A DNA stretch of 64,000 nt, taken from Rebecca billardiae RCC1528 (taxonomy: Eukaryota > Protista > Haptophyta). The notes beneath the pieces were generated by a model. It ran no database searches. It worked only from the letters and a program-made list of their open reading frames with translations, and was not told where the DNA came from. Made by a program: the position numbers and the translations under genes. Positions 62,656 to 64,000 of this stretch are shown here, piece after piece. The DNA is taken from assembly GCA_965240325.2 (NCBI GenBank), contig OZ251255.1, positions 186,001 to 250,000 of the forward strand. The letters are read 5' to 3'. The number at the start of each line of letters is the position of its first letter. Position 1 is the stretch's first letter.

Positions 62656-64000
62656 CTTCCGCTCCTCGCCGTTGCGTGCACGCGCAAAGGAGCACTGCAA
62701 AGGGTGCGACTGGGAGCATTCCTTCTCCCGGGCGGCCACCACGGCCTCGGAGGTGGTGAGGAACGCGTCGGCGACCACGGCGTGGACCACCTCCGTCGCG
62801 CCGGACACTCCGGTCGCCCCTCGCCGGACTCCATCCTCGCTGCGCGCTGACCGTTTGCCGAGCGGGCTGCCCCGCCGCCTGCCCGGCGTGTGCCCGCGTG
62901 GTGACACAAGATGGTCGAAGGCGTGGCAGCGCGGTGGTGCGTGCGATCGGGGGACCCCACCTGAGCTACGACACGGGCGCGCGCGCTCATCCGTGCTCAT
63001 CACGGTGGTGCACGCGCGCGTCGCGCGCTGACGCTCGTCGGCTGTCGCGCGCTGACGGCTGGGCTGCTTTGGGGTGTCGGCGGCGGCCACAGCTCGCTGG
63101 TACGGGCGCGATGGTGGCTGCGAGTGGTACGCGGCGTTGCACCAGGTCCGTGTGCGTCACGCACGACGCTCGGCCGGCTCGCCCTCGGACCATTGGCTGA
63201 GCCCTACTCGCCGCGCGCACTGCGCGCGGCAGCCGCTCCGCAGCTGCTCCGGGCACGAAGCGCGCCCCGCGCGCTGCACGTGGGCGCGACGAGGTGGTGC
63301 AGCGAGCATGCGCGAGAGTGTGCGCGTGATGGGCACCACAATGACGATACTTGCCATGCACATCTGCCTCTCGCCACGCCTTCGTCACGATAGCTGCGAC
63401 TGCTGCCCGGAGGTGCGCTCGAGCGCTCGCGCGCGTTTGAATCTGGGCTCGGCGGCGATCGCGTGGACGAGGGGCAGCGCGGTGCACGGTGGCGGAGCGC
63501 GTGCGGAGCGCAGCCTACACCTCCTACACGCTCCATCCAGACACATCGCGCATGCTCGCGCGGCCTCCTCGGTCCATCACGTGCGCGTGCGCGCGCGAGC
63601 AGGTGTGCATTCGCCGGGCGCGTTCACGGCGCGCCGCGTTGGCGCGCGCGCACCGATACCCGTGCGCAGCTCGACGAGCGAGCGCGGTGTGTTTCGATGC
63701 GTATGGGGAGGCTCGAATTTACGCGCGCGCACGCGCCGGCCCTCGCCGCCCCTTCGCTCGCCCACGCCTCATCTGCGCGCTCGGCGTTTGCAGGCAGCTG
63801 CGCATTCTTTCCGACACGTGCGCAAACGAGCAGATGGCGCTGGGCGAGGTCGATTGGTGCGTCAGATATTCGGCAACGACCAGGCCCGCTTGTGTGCCGC
63901 CGCTCGTGCTACTCTCGACGACCACCTCTGGCTCGGTCGCGCGCACGAGGCTGCTCGCGGCCGAATCGTGCCGTGTACCGTCAAGCTGTACCGTGCGCAG

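Overview
Very GC-rich, intron-containing eukaryotic nuclear DNA, not prokaryotic. The GC content, Gly/Ala low-complexity proteins and (CCCTAA)n in introns suggest a haptophyte such as Pavlovales; this is inference only. Most long ORFs in the track are GC-driven shadow frames. Supportable genes, left to right: a ~3.8-kb tandem unit (two copies, each with a 5'-truncated Nup62 and an intronless zeta-crystallin/quinone oxidoreductase), full-length Nup62 head-to-head with an LFxGLx[LV]-repeat protein, a large double cNMP-binding protein, a RhoGAP-like/Sfi1-like coiled-coil protein, Cdc20, a sulfotransferase, a TM+TIR-like protein, a HAD-like protein, two tandem glycosyltransferase-like paralogs, a membrane-anchored unknown, a GT47 exostosin, JHY and a CnoX/YbbN thioredoxin-TPR. 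Mobile DNA: a 2.3-kb PIF/Harbinger-type non-autonomous element (71-bp TIRs, TTA TSD) with a nested 613-bp MITE (7-bp TSD). Most notable: (1) a TTAA-flanked inverted terminal pair 43.7 kb apart, each end beside a gene duplication; (2) sense-strand telomeric repeats in introns, including a possible intron forming inside JHY; (3) a protein with seven tepsin-type AP-4 ear-binding motifs. All coordinates and splice sites were read by eye.
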